NCBI GenBank assembly: GCA_001179505.1
Contig: CDMY01000606.1
Coordinates: forward strand, 1-43,776
Origin: Vitrella brassicaformis CCMP3155
Lineage: Eukaryota > Protista > Chromerida
DNA: 43,776 bases
Direction: 5' to 3'
Shown here: positions 1 to 11,918 of the stretch, piece after piece
Layout of the letters: the number at the start of each line of letters is the position of its first letter
Position numbering within the stretch: the stretch's first letter is position 1
Program-made: the position numbers and the translations under genes
The notes under the pieces: model-generated
Database searches by the model: none
What the model saw: the letters and a program-made list of their open reading frames with translations, nothing else
Told to the model about the DNA's origin: nothing

Positions 1-143
1 AGCTGGGCCGCTCCGAAGAGACCTCTGAGGCATGTGCAGGTGGCTTTCAGCTGGAGTATGTCTGTGAGGCTGAGCAGGTAGAATGTGCGCCGACCAACGA
101 AGATGTACGTGAAGGGATGCTGCTGCTGCTGCTGCTGCTGCAT
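1..143 (-). pseudogene. 5' fragment of expanded F-box-like family member (runs off window); carries a +1 frameshift relative to its paralog
   Basis: Minus strand from ATG at 143 reads MQQQQQQQHPFTYIFVGRRTFYLLSLTDILQLKATCTCLRG, nearly identical to the paralog at 18258. Here the DNA is ggtcctcttcgg versus ggtctcttcgg in the paralog (extra C), which breaks the LFGAAQL frame. Could be a sequencing error. Confidence 0.7.
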
Positions 144-2627
144 CTTCACTGTCACCCAGGAGAGAGAGAATTGAGGAAAAGACGCACGCGAATGAGTGGG
201 ACAGAGGATGTCCCATCTCGCCGCGCCTCGGAACGCGTGATATCGCACTGGTGACAGTCATATCACTAGCAATTGAGATGAGCTATGCAAACGCTGACGA
301 GCGTGAAGTTGGTTGGTTGGTTATTGTGTTTAACGAGACTCGGGTCTGTAACCCCAAAGGGATCCTGTCACGAAGTGGTCTGCTTGGTGTGTCAGCCAGC
401 TTTGGTGGCGAGACGATCTTGAGGGTAGGGTTCAGCTCTGGTTTGCTGTTGGACCAACACGCGTCTTCACCGTACGCCGAAGCAAGATGACAGATCACAT
501 ACGGATCGATTTGCACTGCAGAGTGCACGTCGCCGCATGCCGTCGAGCAACTTGCCGCACAGCCAGGAAGAGACACGTAAGCAAACACGCACACAGCCAC
601 CAGCACGTCATCGATCGGTGAGATGCAGTCAGTCAGTGGAGCAGAAAAAACTGAGGAGCAAACCCTTCGCCGGTGTGGCAATGTGTGTCTATGGATACAT
701 GTACATCAGTTGTCAAAGCGCTCACTTCGATCACTCCCCTCTTGTCTCTCTCACTCTCTGTGGCCAAGTAAGTAACTAAGTGGTGCATGCGATTTTCACT
801 CCGCAGGTAGACTAACTAGCTCCAGCGCATGGACGGAAAACCGATTGGCTCACTGGTCCCTCCCTGTCTGTCTGGCTGAGTGAGTAGCAGAGTAGACAGG
901 GGCGCGAGCACGAGAAATGAGGATAGTGCGCGAAGCGAAGCGAGCATTCTTGGCCCCCTACTGTTGCAGTTGCAGCAGCACGAGACAGACGAGTAGAAAA
1001 CTCATCATTAAATGCATGCGTGAAGCATTCATTGACTCAGTCACTGTGGACGGATCGATCATCGTCAAGCCAGTCGATGTGTGACTGTCGTATGTACGTG
1101 TGTTTATTCCAGATGAACGAACGACGAAACGATGCACTGCCAACCAACAGAGTGAATTGCGGGGGCTGCTGTATGCATGCAAAGTGACCACTACACACAC
1201 TTCAACACACAACAATCACACCATGCAGAAAGAACTCTTCGAGAGAGATCGACAGCAGCAAAGAGTGTTTAGACGGCGCGTGTTGGTGCGTACGTGTGAA
1301 AGGAAACACCAGACAAGGTAGGGCAAGAGCAAGGCATATTGACAACAGGGAGGAAACTGCACGCCCTTGTGTGTGTGGACGGACCCCTCTCCCCCTCCCC
1401 ACGCCCCTTACAATGGGGCCCCTGTGCGCCTCCCTCAGCAGGGAGGCGCCAGTCTGTCTGTCTGTCTGGTTCTGGAGTGGACAGGCGGCCGGCCATGTAG
1501 GTCACTTCGGCTAGACATGGTGTGTCCAGCGAGTATTATATATACAGAGCCCCCGAACGAAACAGCACTCACACGCTGCAACGACCAGCATTTTGGTCGC
1601 CATCCATCCATCCATCCATCCATCCCCTCTTCCCTTTAGGCAAAACGACTACAGACAATACACACACATACATACAATACAATACAATACGATTACTCTC
1701 ACACATTCACACACGCAGACAGACAGACAGTAGAAAGCGACCGGTATCAAGGAAAGAAAGACTTGTGGCAGGCAGTTAGGCAGGCAGGCAGGCACGTCAG
1801 GCGGCCACCCAGCCAGCCAAGACATCCACTCATCACCCCGCTCCGTCCGCTCATACAGACACCCAGGGACGGGCAGCAGACACCCATCCATCCACCCATC
1901 CATCTCACATCCTTCCATCAGCACATCCATTGTATGATGAAAAGGTAAAAAGAGTTAACGAGGTATCGATGGCACGGACGCATGATAAGAAGAGGCAGAG
2001 AGGGAGGGAGGGAGGGAGGAAGGTGACGACCAGTGCGGTCGTGTGTGTTACGTGGCGGTATGTATAGCTAGACAGACAGATAGACAGACAGACCAGTCAA
2101 GACAACAGAGATACAGGCAGATAGACTCTCACGTGTGACTGCCCGTGTTTCGACGCTGGAAGTGTTGGCGTCCAATCTCCACCTGGCGTGCGTGAAGGAC
2201 GCTGTGTGGAGATCGGACACCACCATTCCAGGCACAAAACGCCGGCAGATGACACATCTAGGAGAGAGTGAGTTGGACACGACCTTAGGCAAAGCTCCAC
2301 GAGACACCACACAACCGCACTGCACACTCCCACACTCCCGCACTTCCACAATGCACCACACCCTCACATACACAGGCGACAAAAAGTCCCCCGTGTGCTG
2401 CGCTTAATCCCTCCCTCCCTCTCTGCAGCAATCCGCACCCAATGGCATTAAAAACGCCCGCCCATCCACTCACTCGCAATGCGCGGAAAAGCATCCCTCA
2501 TTACCCACACACCACCCACACAACCACCCGCCCGCTGCCCTGCCCGAATTAAACCAACTTATCAAGGAATGGACGAAACTAATAGACGGACCGAGGAGCC
2601 CCCCTCTCAGCACCGCATGTCAGCCGT

Positions 2628-5600
2628 TCATCGCTTCCTCTCCCTGTTGTGTTGTGGGCTGGTGTGGTGCTGCGCGGACGAGCGGGGGAGCGACCGGCGC
2701 GGCTGGGCGGTGGGCGATGAGGCCGGGAACGTCACCCACGCAGCCAGCACCTGCGTGAATGGGTGGAGGATAGCATCCAACACATCTCCATCGTGTGCCT
2801 GTCTTGTTCCTTACCGTGATGTCGTCAGGTTTTCCCCCCTGGAATGCCTCGCCAGCCCGCGCAGCACCCCTGGCGAATGGCGTGCGAGCCCTCGAGTCGA
2901 GGGAGCGGAAGAACGCCGCCTTGGCCAACGCACGAGCGATGTTCTGACCATACCATACACAAGACAAGACGACACCATGGATTGGAGGCATTGACGTCTG
3001 TGTGTCGGGCCAGTGCGTCGTTGCTGCTTACATCAGGGTGTGTGGATAGGGCCTCATTGTGGTAGAAGAGCCGGGCCTCCCATGGCGAGGTGGCGAGTGA
3101 GCAGAGTGCGCAGACCTCGTAGTCGTGTAGGTTGTCGAAGACGCCGTCAGTGCCGAAGATGAGCAGGTCCCCCTCCTTGACCGGCACATCGTACAGCTCA
3201 GACTGGGCCGGCTGGTCGGCACGAGTGGCAGACGCACCCGACACGGCCGCATTTTGGAGAAGCCTGCGTGGAATGGATGGACAAGGGAAAGGAGATTTGG
3301 TGTGCTGGTTTTTGGTAGGTGGGTGGGTGGGTGATCACTGACCTGAGAAGCCTGTGGAGGCCGTTCTGTTCGAGTATGGGCCAGTCCTCGCGCACAGGGA
3401 CGTTGGCCAGCTGGAACGGACAGTTCCTGGACAGACAGACAGACAGACAGACAGTTGAGATGGACAGAAATGGTGTGTGTTGATTTGATGTGATGTATTT
3501 ATTGTCTTGGTGCGGTGCGCCTCGCCTTACCAGTTGTGTTGCTGTTCTTTAATGCGCCGGACGACCGTCATGTACAAATCAGACCCGCCACGCCTGCACA
3601 TCACATCGACACACACCCAACACACACACACATCACGTCCACACGTGTTGTGAAGAAGACCCGTGTCGACTCCTCACTCACCTGAGCACTAGTGCGGAAG
3701 AGTCTCCTAGGTTAGCCACGCCCAGCCGCTTGCCCTGCTCGTCGAGGCACGCCACGAGGGCGGTGGATGAGCCCCACGCACGCGCGGCGTCGAACCCCTT
3801 CTGCAATATGCGACGGGCCTTCATCGACGGGGAAGACAGCGACTGCACGCACAGATGCATGACGACAGGACAGATGTACATGGCGTGGTGTGTTTGTCGA
3901 TGGCGTTTGTCGTGTGTCTGGGTGGCTGACATCTATGTCGTTGATTTTGGGCGCAGCGGCTCTGCATCCCTCCATGACCTCGTCGGCAAACATGCGGGGG
4001 TTGATGCCCAGCTGCTCCCACTCGCCCACACCGTCAGCCACTCCCACGGCACAGCACTGCTCGTCGATGAAGTAACCGTCCGCACCACCTGATGGATCAC
4101 ACACACACACACACATCCATCCATCCATCCACCTATATTCACCGATGTGTGTGTCCTCCCTCCTTCAGTCACTCACCTGTGCCGGTTTTGTCAGGTTTGG
4201 GGATGCAGTGAATGCCGCATGCGAGCTGCAGGCCCCTCTCCTGTGGTGGCGGCAGCAGCACCGGCGTGTGGAAGACGGGGGGCCCGCCGCTGCCGATGCC
4301 GTCGATGTAGGCGGGGGGAGGGCTGCTCGACGACGAACGGGGCGTCTTACCCGTCAACCTGCGCCAAGGCACACACATCGACATGGATGGATGGGCATCC
4401 GTGTGTGATTCGTTTGATGAATGTGCTCGGTGAACTCACCTGTAGATGCATGCAGGCGAGAATGGTCCGCCCATGGGGGTCCCGCTCGCGCCCGCCAGGA
4501 GCTGGATGACCTCTGCCGGCCAGTAGTCGATGCTGCCGCTCGACCGCACAGAGGGGGCCACCATCTTGCCCGTGGGCGGGTTCTCCATCGGCGAGGGAAG
4601 CATCGACTGCTCCGACCGACGGTTGCACGCACGCTGCCACTGGCTCACACGGTCCTGACACACACAACACGACACGACACATACACACGCAATGTGATGG
4701 TGGTTTGGTTGATGGTTCTAAGTGTGTCCCCTCTCGTGTGTGCGTGTGTGATGTACCTACCTGTCTGGATGGTGTGGCGGGCATGACGGCTGTGGGCGGT
4801 GGGAGCTCCTCATCCTCTGGAATGGGGACGTTCCGGGGCGATGCGCGCGACCGCGGACCACCACCCTACACACACACACACACACGCACACGTGAACATG
4901 TCACCCTCACTGGTGTCTGGTCTGTGTATTCCGGTCCGGCACTCCACTCACCTGAGGTCCACCCCGCTTAGCCAGACTGAAGACAGATCCCACGAGGCTC
5001 TTGAAGGCAAAGTACCCGCCCTGTTTGCCGCCCAGGCTGCCACCCTCGTCACGCTCACGGCTGCCCCGTCTCGACACGTGGGAAGAGGCACTCGGCGACA
5101 CGAGCGAGTCGCTCGAGCCCGACAGGTGGACGCCGCTGCTGTTGGCGTGGCTGGACGACGTGTAGGCGTCGACGGAGGCCGACCGCGGCCGGTCCCTCTG
5201 GTAGTTGGACGCACATGGCGTGTTTGTTGCGCGTGGGTTGACCACGGCCGTCATGGGCTGGGATGCGTTGCGGTTGGCCTTGAGCTCGTCTATGGCGCCC
5301 TTGTACGCCTCACCTGACACACACGTACACGTACACAACACAACACACATGAGCGCACAAAGGGCAACAGCACTCCACTCTCTCCTCCCCCTCTCTGCGT
5401 CATTAGGTACCGATATCGAGGCAGTTGAGTGAGCTGATGACGCGCCCCGTCCGATGCAGCCGGTGGAACCGCGCCACGGCGTCGTCACTATTGCTATTGA
5501 CGCCGTCCCGCCCCTTGCCCGCCCCCACACTGCTCCTGCGACCGCTCCCATAGCCCACATCGCCAAAGGGCGACGGCACAGACCGCGAACTACCCCCAGA

Positions 5601-6555
5601 TGCGGAAATGAGGCCCTCACGATGGCCCCGGGCAATCGGCCGGCCTCTGAGCGACCGGCTTTTCTGCACCAGAGGGGAGAGGTGGGGGTCGTCCAGGGGC
5701 GCCAATACCTCGTCCGAGCGGTTGGATGGCGGGGGGTTGTCGCGCATGGAGTCCAGCGAGTGCCGCACGTAGGGGTCGGTCACAGCCCTTGGGCGTGTGT
5801 GGCCTCTGGCCCAGCTGGGCTTGGAAAGGAGGGCTTCTTCACGATCCTCCTTTCTCTCATCGCAGTGAAGCGTCAGCGGCAGCGGGCCCCTCCGCCGCCC
5901 CCGCACACACCCGGTGGGCGTCAGACATCCTGGTCTGTCTGACGCTGGGGGAGGGGGCGTCACGCGCCGAGGGCTGGGCGAAGACGACCTGGTGTCTAGG
6001 ACAGCCGTGGTCTCGTCTGTTCTGGTGGGCTGTGGTCGGACGGCCGGCTGTTGTGGCCGTGAGAAGAATGGGGGGGGGGAGGATGACACCTGGGGGGCGT
6101 GGGCGAACCTGGTGCGATCCAATGACGCGCGCTGGCCTGCAACCGTCACACACGGAGGGAGGGGAGAGCGCCGCGGAGTGTCATTGCTGTCTGCCTGATG
6201 GGCCTCCTTTTGTCACTCAGCCTCTCAGACCTGGTGTGCAGGTGTCTTTGGCATTGGCCTCCGGTGAAAGTGGTGGGGTGGCGAGAGCTCGCGAATCACC
6301 ACACGCAGAGATGGAACGAGTCGAGATGAACCTGAACCAAACAGCCAGAACACCCCACCCCACCCCACGAGCCAAACACACGACACAGATCATTCCCTGA
6401 CGTTTTTCTGCCCCTCCGTGTGTGTGGTGTACCGACCTTGATAGGTTCTTGGCTTGTGACCGGTTCGCGTTCTCGAATGAGCCGAGTCGGTTGAGGAAAT
6501 CCAACAGCAGCTTGGTGTCCGAGGGCGACACACCGTCCAGGGTCCTCCCCGTCAT
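2628..6555 (-). CDS. PTC7: PTC7-type PP2C/PPM protein phosphatase with long low-complexity N-terminal extension, multi-exon
   Basis: Spliced minus-strand exons give PP2C motifs in order: LACGIHCIPKPDK, GADGYF, GVADGVGEW, GSSTALVA, GVANLGDS, NCPFQLA, EGDLLIFGTDGVFDNL, GGKPDDITV. Stop TGA at 2628-2630. The start (MTGRTLDG at 6555) is uncertain. Confidence 0.88.
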
Positions 6556-6842
6556 CGATGAAGGACGCTCTGCCACCAACAGGCAGATCCGGCCTGTCGA
6601 CGACACTGTCACGACACCAAGCGCAGGTGGCGTCAGGTGAGGGAGCGAGTAGTTGCTGTGGTGAAGGGCGGAGGGGAGCGAGTCACATCTCACGTTGAAC
6701 AAGCTCCGTTCCTCGCACGGAGTCGCTCTTTTTTGCAAGCCGAGTCTTTTGCGAGCTTTGGCGATCCACGACGCGATTGTGATTTCCGTCCGTAGCGATG
6801 TGTTGACAGCGTGGCGTGAAGGCGGGGGCGGCTGACGGGACG

Positions 6843-8174
6843 ATGGCTGCCCAGGAGCATCCCGTCAGCCACTTGTTTGTCGGCAGCCGAGGCCATCTGC
6901 CCGACATCGTCACGGTTGCCCGCCTGAGGGTCACATCGCGGCGCATCCGGGCTGCCTTCACCATAGCAGAGCTGCGCAACCGCCTCGCCAACTCACTGAG
7001 CCGTGACGGAGATGGCATCAACACTCAGCAGCTGCAGCTGGTGCGGTTCGACCCATCGCTGGGGATGGGTGAGCTCATGGCGGCCGTGTGGATCGCCGAG
7101 GAGGGCGGGCGGTGGGATGAGACGGGGGAGGTGCTGCAGTGGGCCAGCCAGTGCCGCTACTGCACACTGCCCCTCAACCTCACGGCAGACGACATCAACA
7201 CACATGCCAACAAGACGGTAAGGCACACACACAGAGGGGTGGGAGAGAACAGAGAGGCCTCAGTCATTCCTCTCTCTCTCTGTCTGTCTGTCTGTGTGTC
7301 TGTGTGTGTGGTGTCGTGTAGGCGTATAGATCGGTAGCTCGTGTGTTGGCGCAGCTGATGGTGGTCGGCCGCTACATCGACTTCGGTGACGGCAGCTGCC
7401 TGCAGATCTTCCGCCATCCCAATGGTGAGGTGCGGGCCATCAAGGACGAGCCCGGCTTCCGGCTGGACATCGACCCGCCCCTCGCCGCCCACCATCTGTA
7501 CCAGCGGCACCGACTACAGCATGACCCACCACTGGACAGCCACATCGAGTCCTTGGGCGGATGAGTGTCGAGCTTCCTGTACGAGTATGCTTCGTTGTCG
7601 TCGTTGGCCAAGCGTGTGATCCTCCGCCACTTCCTCAAGACTCACCAGATCAATCTCACATCGACTACACTCACCAGGTACCACACAAATGGCACCAGTG
7701 GGCGAGAGGGGTGCGTGTCTGATTGTGTGGTGTGTGTGTGTGTGGTTGGTTCAGGCGTGTTGGTGGCCGCCGTCTGGATGGCCTCCTCATCCAGTCGCCC
7801 CACACACCGGTGGCCGGCTGCACCACCACATTCAGCCGGGACGGTCGTGTGCGGTTTCTGGTGCTCACCGACAGCCACGACTTCGTCGCATGGATTGCCA
7901 TTGTGGATATGGGAAACAACACCGGTCAGGCCGACAGACAGGCAGCTCTGCTGGTGATCAAATGTCATGTGTTGTTCTCTCTCGTCTGTCTGCAGTGAGG
8001 GTGGATGTTCGGACAACAGAGGCACCTGTGTGTGTGAGCGGTTCCTTCAAGGACCGCTTCCCGGTGACCACTCAGCTGGCCCGTGTGGCGTTGGGGCGAG
8101 TGACGCCATACGTCTTCGACGGCCAAGTACAGCAGCAGCAGGACGACGACAGCGACGATGACGGCATGGGCTGA
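6843..8174 (+). pseudogene. Expanded-family member (F-box-like N-terminus) with premature stop and 3' deletion
   Basis: Exons 6843-7217, 7322-7677, 7755-7924 and 7996-8174 match the paralogs at 9617 and 18258 (LTADDINTH.NKT|AY.SVARVLAQLMVVGR.IDFG; FKDRFPVT.QLARVALGRV.PYVFDGQV). In-frame TGA at 7562-7564 aligns to the Trp (GGW) of the 18258 paralog. Confidence 0.8.
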
Positions 8175-8719
8175 GGGAGGAATGTGTGTATGAATGGATG
8201 CCGTGCCCTCTATCGACCTTCTTACATGGCAGGTTTCTCCCACACCACACAATCTCACAACCATGGCCAACAAGCTGTATCGGGCTGGCTGCCGGGCTGC
8301 GTCCGTGTGTGTGTTTGTGTGGATGGACTGACTGATGTGAACGTACCGGTGGACAGAAATTAATACACACACTCACTCCAACACTCCTTGGCTACCGTGT
8401 CTATCTGTTTTGCCCCTCCCTCCTCTCCGTCTGAATGGCTGGGTGGTCGGTGCTTTAATTTGTTGGGCTGATGGTTGGCATCTTCTCTCTCTCTCTCTCT
8501 CTCTCTCTGAAGGTGTACACATATGTGCATATGTATTCACCCAGACAGACAGACGGGCCGACCGACACATCACACTCTCTTGTATGGTGTGTCCATCCAT
8601 TCATCCATCCGTTTATCCATCTGCGCCGCATTGTCTGCTCCATGCACACACATCACACATACGTGGCAGTGTGTGTTTCACAGTCGTGGCCCATCCACTC
8701 ACACCAGGCAGACTGACAG

Positions 8720-8810
8720 ACAGACACACAGACAGACAGACAGACAGCTCCGATGCAGTCAGTCGTTTTTGCCAACTTTTTGGTTCCCTGGGGCTGTGGG
8801 CGGCTTCCTG
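8720..8810 (-). repeat. Degenerate dispersed repeat or exon remnant, homologous to 17300-17470
   Basis: (GACA)n followed by ctccgatgcagtcagtcgtttttgccaacttt matches ctccgatgcagccagccattcttgccagctt at ~17370. Minus-strand peptides align (SWQKRLTASE vs SWQEWLAASE). Confidence 0.55.
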
Positions 8811-9616
8811 AGTTCATATCGTATTGGGCGCGGCTGCTGCATGGCACTCGGTCATGTGCATACGCCTCCACACACACGAGCGATCCGCCCCAGCCCTCCT
8901 GACTTACTCGCGGTGGCGGTGGTGCATGGTGATGGTAAGGCGGGGCGGCTCGCTGCATGCGGTGCGTGTGTCTTGCTTTGTGTCCATCTCTGCTGCCTAA
9001 TTGCCTGACAGTACGTCGGCTGCCTCCTCTGCCTCCTCTCTCCCCTCCCCTCTCTGTGTCCCTCGATCTCTGTACACACCGATTTTTAATATGTTATTAT
9101 GTGAGTACCCACATCCGTATACACTGACTGACTTCGTATACATACGGAATTAATGTGTCTGTACACGTCGATGGCCTCTCTCTCTCGTGAAAAGTGTGTG
9201 TGTGTGTGGCCTGCATGGCCAGGGATCGTGAGTGTGGCACCTGACTGACGCGTTCATTGATTCAGTCACATGTGGGCCAGGCCTAGGCATGTCGGTCGTA
9301 GGGATGCATGACGATGGCTGGCTCTCCCCTCTCTGCGTGACGGTCCATATAAATGTATTGGCCTGGCTGTGTTGATGGACTGACTGACTCACGAGGGTGT
9401 GTGAATGAATGAGCAATGCATCATTGCCCATATCGGTGTGCACTCAACTCTCCTTCTTCTTGAACTCAAACCGCAATCGGCCATCCCGCAGACATCATGG
9501 CATGGCACATTGTGTTCTCTCTTCTCGCCATCTCGGGAGCAGTGAGTTCGATCATTCTCTTCATTGCGAGCTTCAATGACGATTCCATGGCGTAGAAAGT
9601 AGCCTTTACGAGTGCG

Positions 9617-11253
9617 ATGGGTGCGGTCAATAGCAAGAGCACCGACAAGGCGTCGCCCGCCATCAACGGCCAGGTGCTCGACGTCGTCTATCGGGACGAG
9701 CGCGATGAGCTGCACAACGTCAAGGACCTCGGCCACATCAGGAGGTCGGCCATGTTCTTCAGCAAGGTCGACTTCCCCGCCCAGATCCTCCGCAGCCGAC
9801 TCAACCGCTCCCTCCATCGCATTCGCCTCGCTGACGGCACCCGGCTGGACGTCGTGCTGGCCTTCGACGCCCAGACGGTGTCTGAACCGCGTGAGCTGCT
9901 GGCGGCCATCTGGATGGTGGAAGAGCAGAGGTGGGACGAGGTGGCTGAGGTGCTGCAGCTGGCCAGCCAGTGCGGCTGCTGCACACTGCCCCTCAACCTG
10001 ACGGCCGATGACATCAACACACACCCCAACAAGACGGTAAGGCACACACACACAGGGGTAGGAGAAAACAGAGAGGCCTCATTCCCTCTCTCTCTCTGTC
10101 TCTGTGTGTGGTGTGGTGTAGGCGTATGGATCGGTAGCTCGTGTGTTGGCGCAGCTCATGGTGGTCGGCCGCCACATCGACTTCGGTTACGGCACTCGCC
10201 TGCAGATCTTCCGCCATGGCAATGGTGAGGTGCGGGCCATCAAGGACGAGCCCGGCTTCAGGCTAGACGTCGACCCGCCCCTCGCTGCCGGCCATCTGTA
10301 CCAGCGGCACCGGCTAGAGTATGACCCACCAGTGCGCAGCCGCATCGACTACTCTGGCACCGCCGGCGAATGGGTGTCGTTCGCTGGCCCGTACACCGAT
10401 GCGTCAGTATCGTCATTCGCCAAGCGCAAGATCTTCCGGCACTTCGACAGGACTCACCAGATCAATCTCACATGGATACATCTCAACAGGTAAGACACCA
10501 ATGGCAGCAGTGAGTGAGAGGGGTGTGTGTCTGATTGTGTGTGTGTGTGTGTGTGTGTGGTTGGTTCAGGCGTGTTGGTGGCGGCCGGCCTCCTGATGCA
10601 GTCGCCCCACACACCAGTGGCCGGATGCACCACCACACTCAGCTGGGACGGTGATGTGCGGTGGCTGGTGCTGACCGACAGCAGCCATTCGTTCGTCGCA
10701 TGGATTGCCATTGTGGATATGGGAAACAACACCGGTCAGGCCGACAGACAGGCAGCTCTGCTGGTGATCAAATGTCATGTGTTGTTCTCTCTCGTCTGTC
10801 TGCAGTGAGGGTGGATGTTCGGAGGACCGAGGCGGCTGTGTGTGTGAGCGGTTCCTTCAAGGACCGCTTGCCCGTCACCACTCAGCTGGCTCGCGTGGCG
10901 CTGGGGCGAGTGGCGCCATACGTCTTCGACGGCCAAGTACAACAGCAGCAGGACGACGACAGCGACGATGACGGTACGGGCTGAGGGAGGAATGTGTGTA
11001 TGAACGTCGTTTATACGACGATGTGCCTTGTCTGTCTATGTGTGGTGTAGACGGTGACGATATGGATGAGGGTGACGATGATGATATGGATGAGGGCAGC
11101 GGAGGAGAGGGCAGCGGAGGTACAGCATAGTGGATGGGAACAAGGACACAGATTTTCTCTCTCATTGCAGGTGTGTGTGTCTGTTTGACAGATGAGGAGG
11201 AGGACGCCGCAGCTGACGAGGAGAGCGGTGACGAGGGCACTGCATCGCCATAA
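9617..11253 (+). CDS. Expanded-family member with divergent N-terminus (MGAVNSK, N-myristoylation-like) and acidic C-terminal tail
   Basis: Exons 9617-10036, 10122-10489, 10570-10734, 10806-10973 and two small acidic exons ending in TAA at 11251-11253. Splice phases are consistent and the same intron positions occur in the paralogs. Confidence 0.8.
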
Positions 11254-11918
11254 TCACAAACATATCGAACACCGGTACGACACACCCCACCAGGTCAGTC
11301 AACGAACGGATGCCGTGCCCTCCCGGTGTGTGCGTCGGTGTTCAGGAGGATACCTGTAGCTGGGTCGCATTCAACTGGCGCCATAGATAGCTGCTGATGA
11401 TCCCCATCCAGGCTGGCTGTGGTCTGAGGGGTTGGGGTAGGTCTGTGCGTCGGGCCTGTCTGCCGAGCTATGTGCGTGTCTAGCTGTCTCTCCCCCTCCC
11501 TCTACCCTGTCGATGTATACCGATGGATGGCTGGCTGACTTTGTCCGGTGTGTCGATGCATGTATTCTCTGATGCGCGTGACATTGCCCAGTATGCATGA
11601 GTGTGTGAATAGTACTAACCGTCCTTTCGTGTCAAATCCCATCAAAACGTGCCTCATTTCATTTGGCCCCATGGTCGTGTCAGTCAATGTGTCCAGCGAC
11701 GAGTCAGATTCCATCAAGACACGGCCGGCCATCGGGCAACAGGCTGGCCATTTCAACGCGATGCTCGTCGAGTCAGTCAGCCACACATCCGTATGCCTTT
11801 GTATTGCGTCTCTGCCTCTCGCCAGCTAGCTACACATACAGACATTCACACACTAGGAATGCACGCATCTACGCATCTACGCGTCATGGAGGAAGCGGCC
11901 GTCTGTCTAGCTATCTGT

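Noticed and set aside
1170-1185. TGCATGCA as an ApiAP2 binding site
   Set aside because: Short motif with isolated occurrences (another lies within a PTC7 exon-intron region) and no positional enrichment that can be shown here.
500-2480. Short ORFs in the first intergenic region
   Set aside because: Microsatellite-rich, no recognisable motifs, and I could not build a consistent spliced model.
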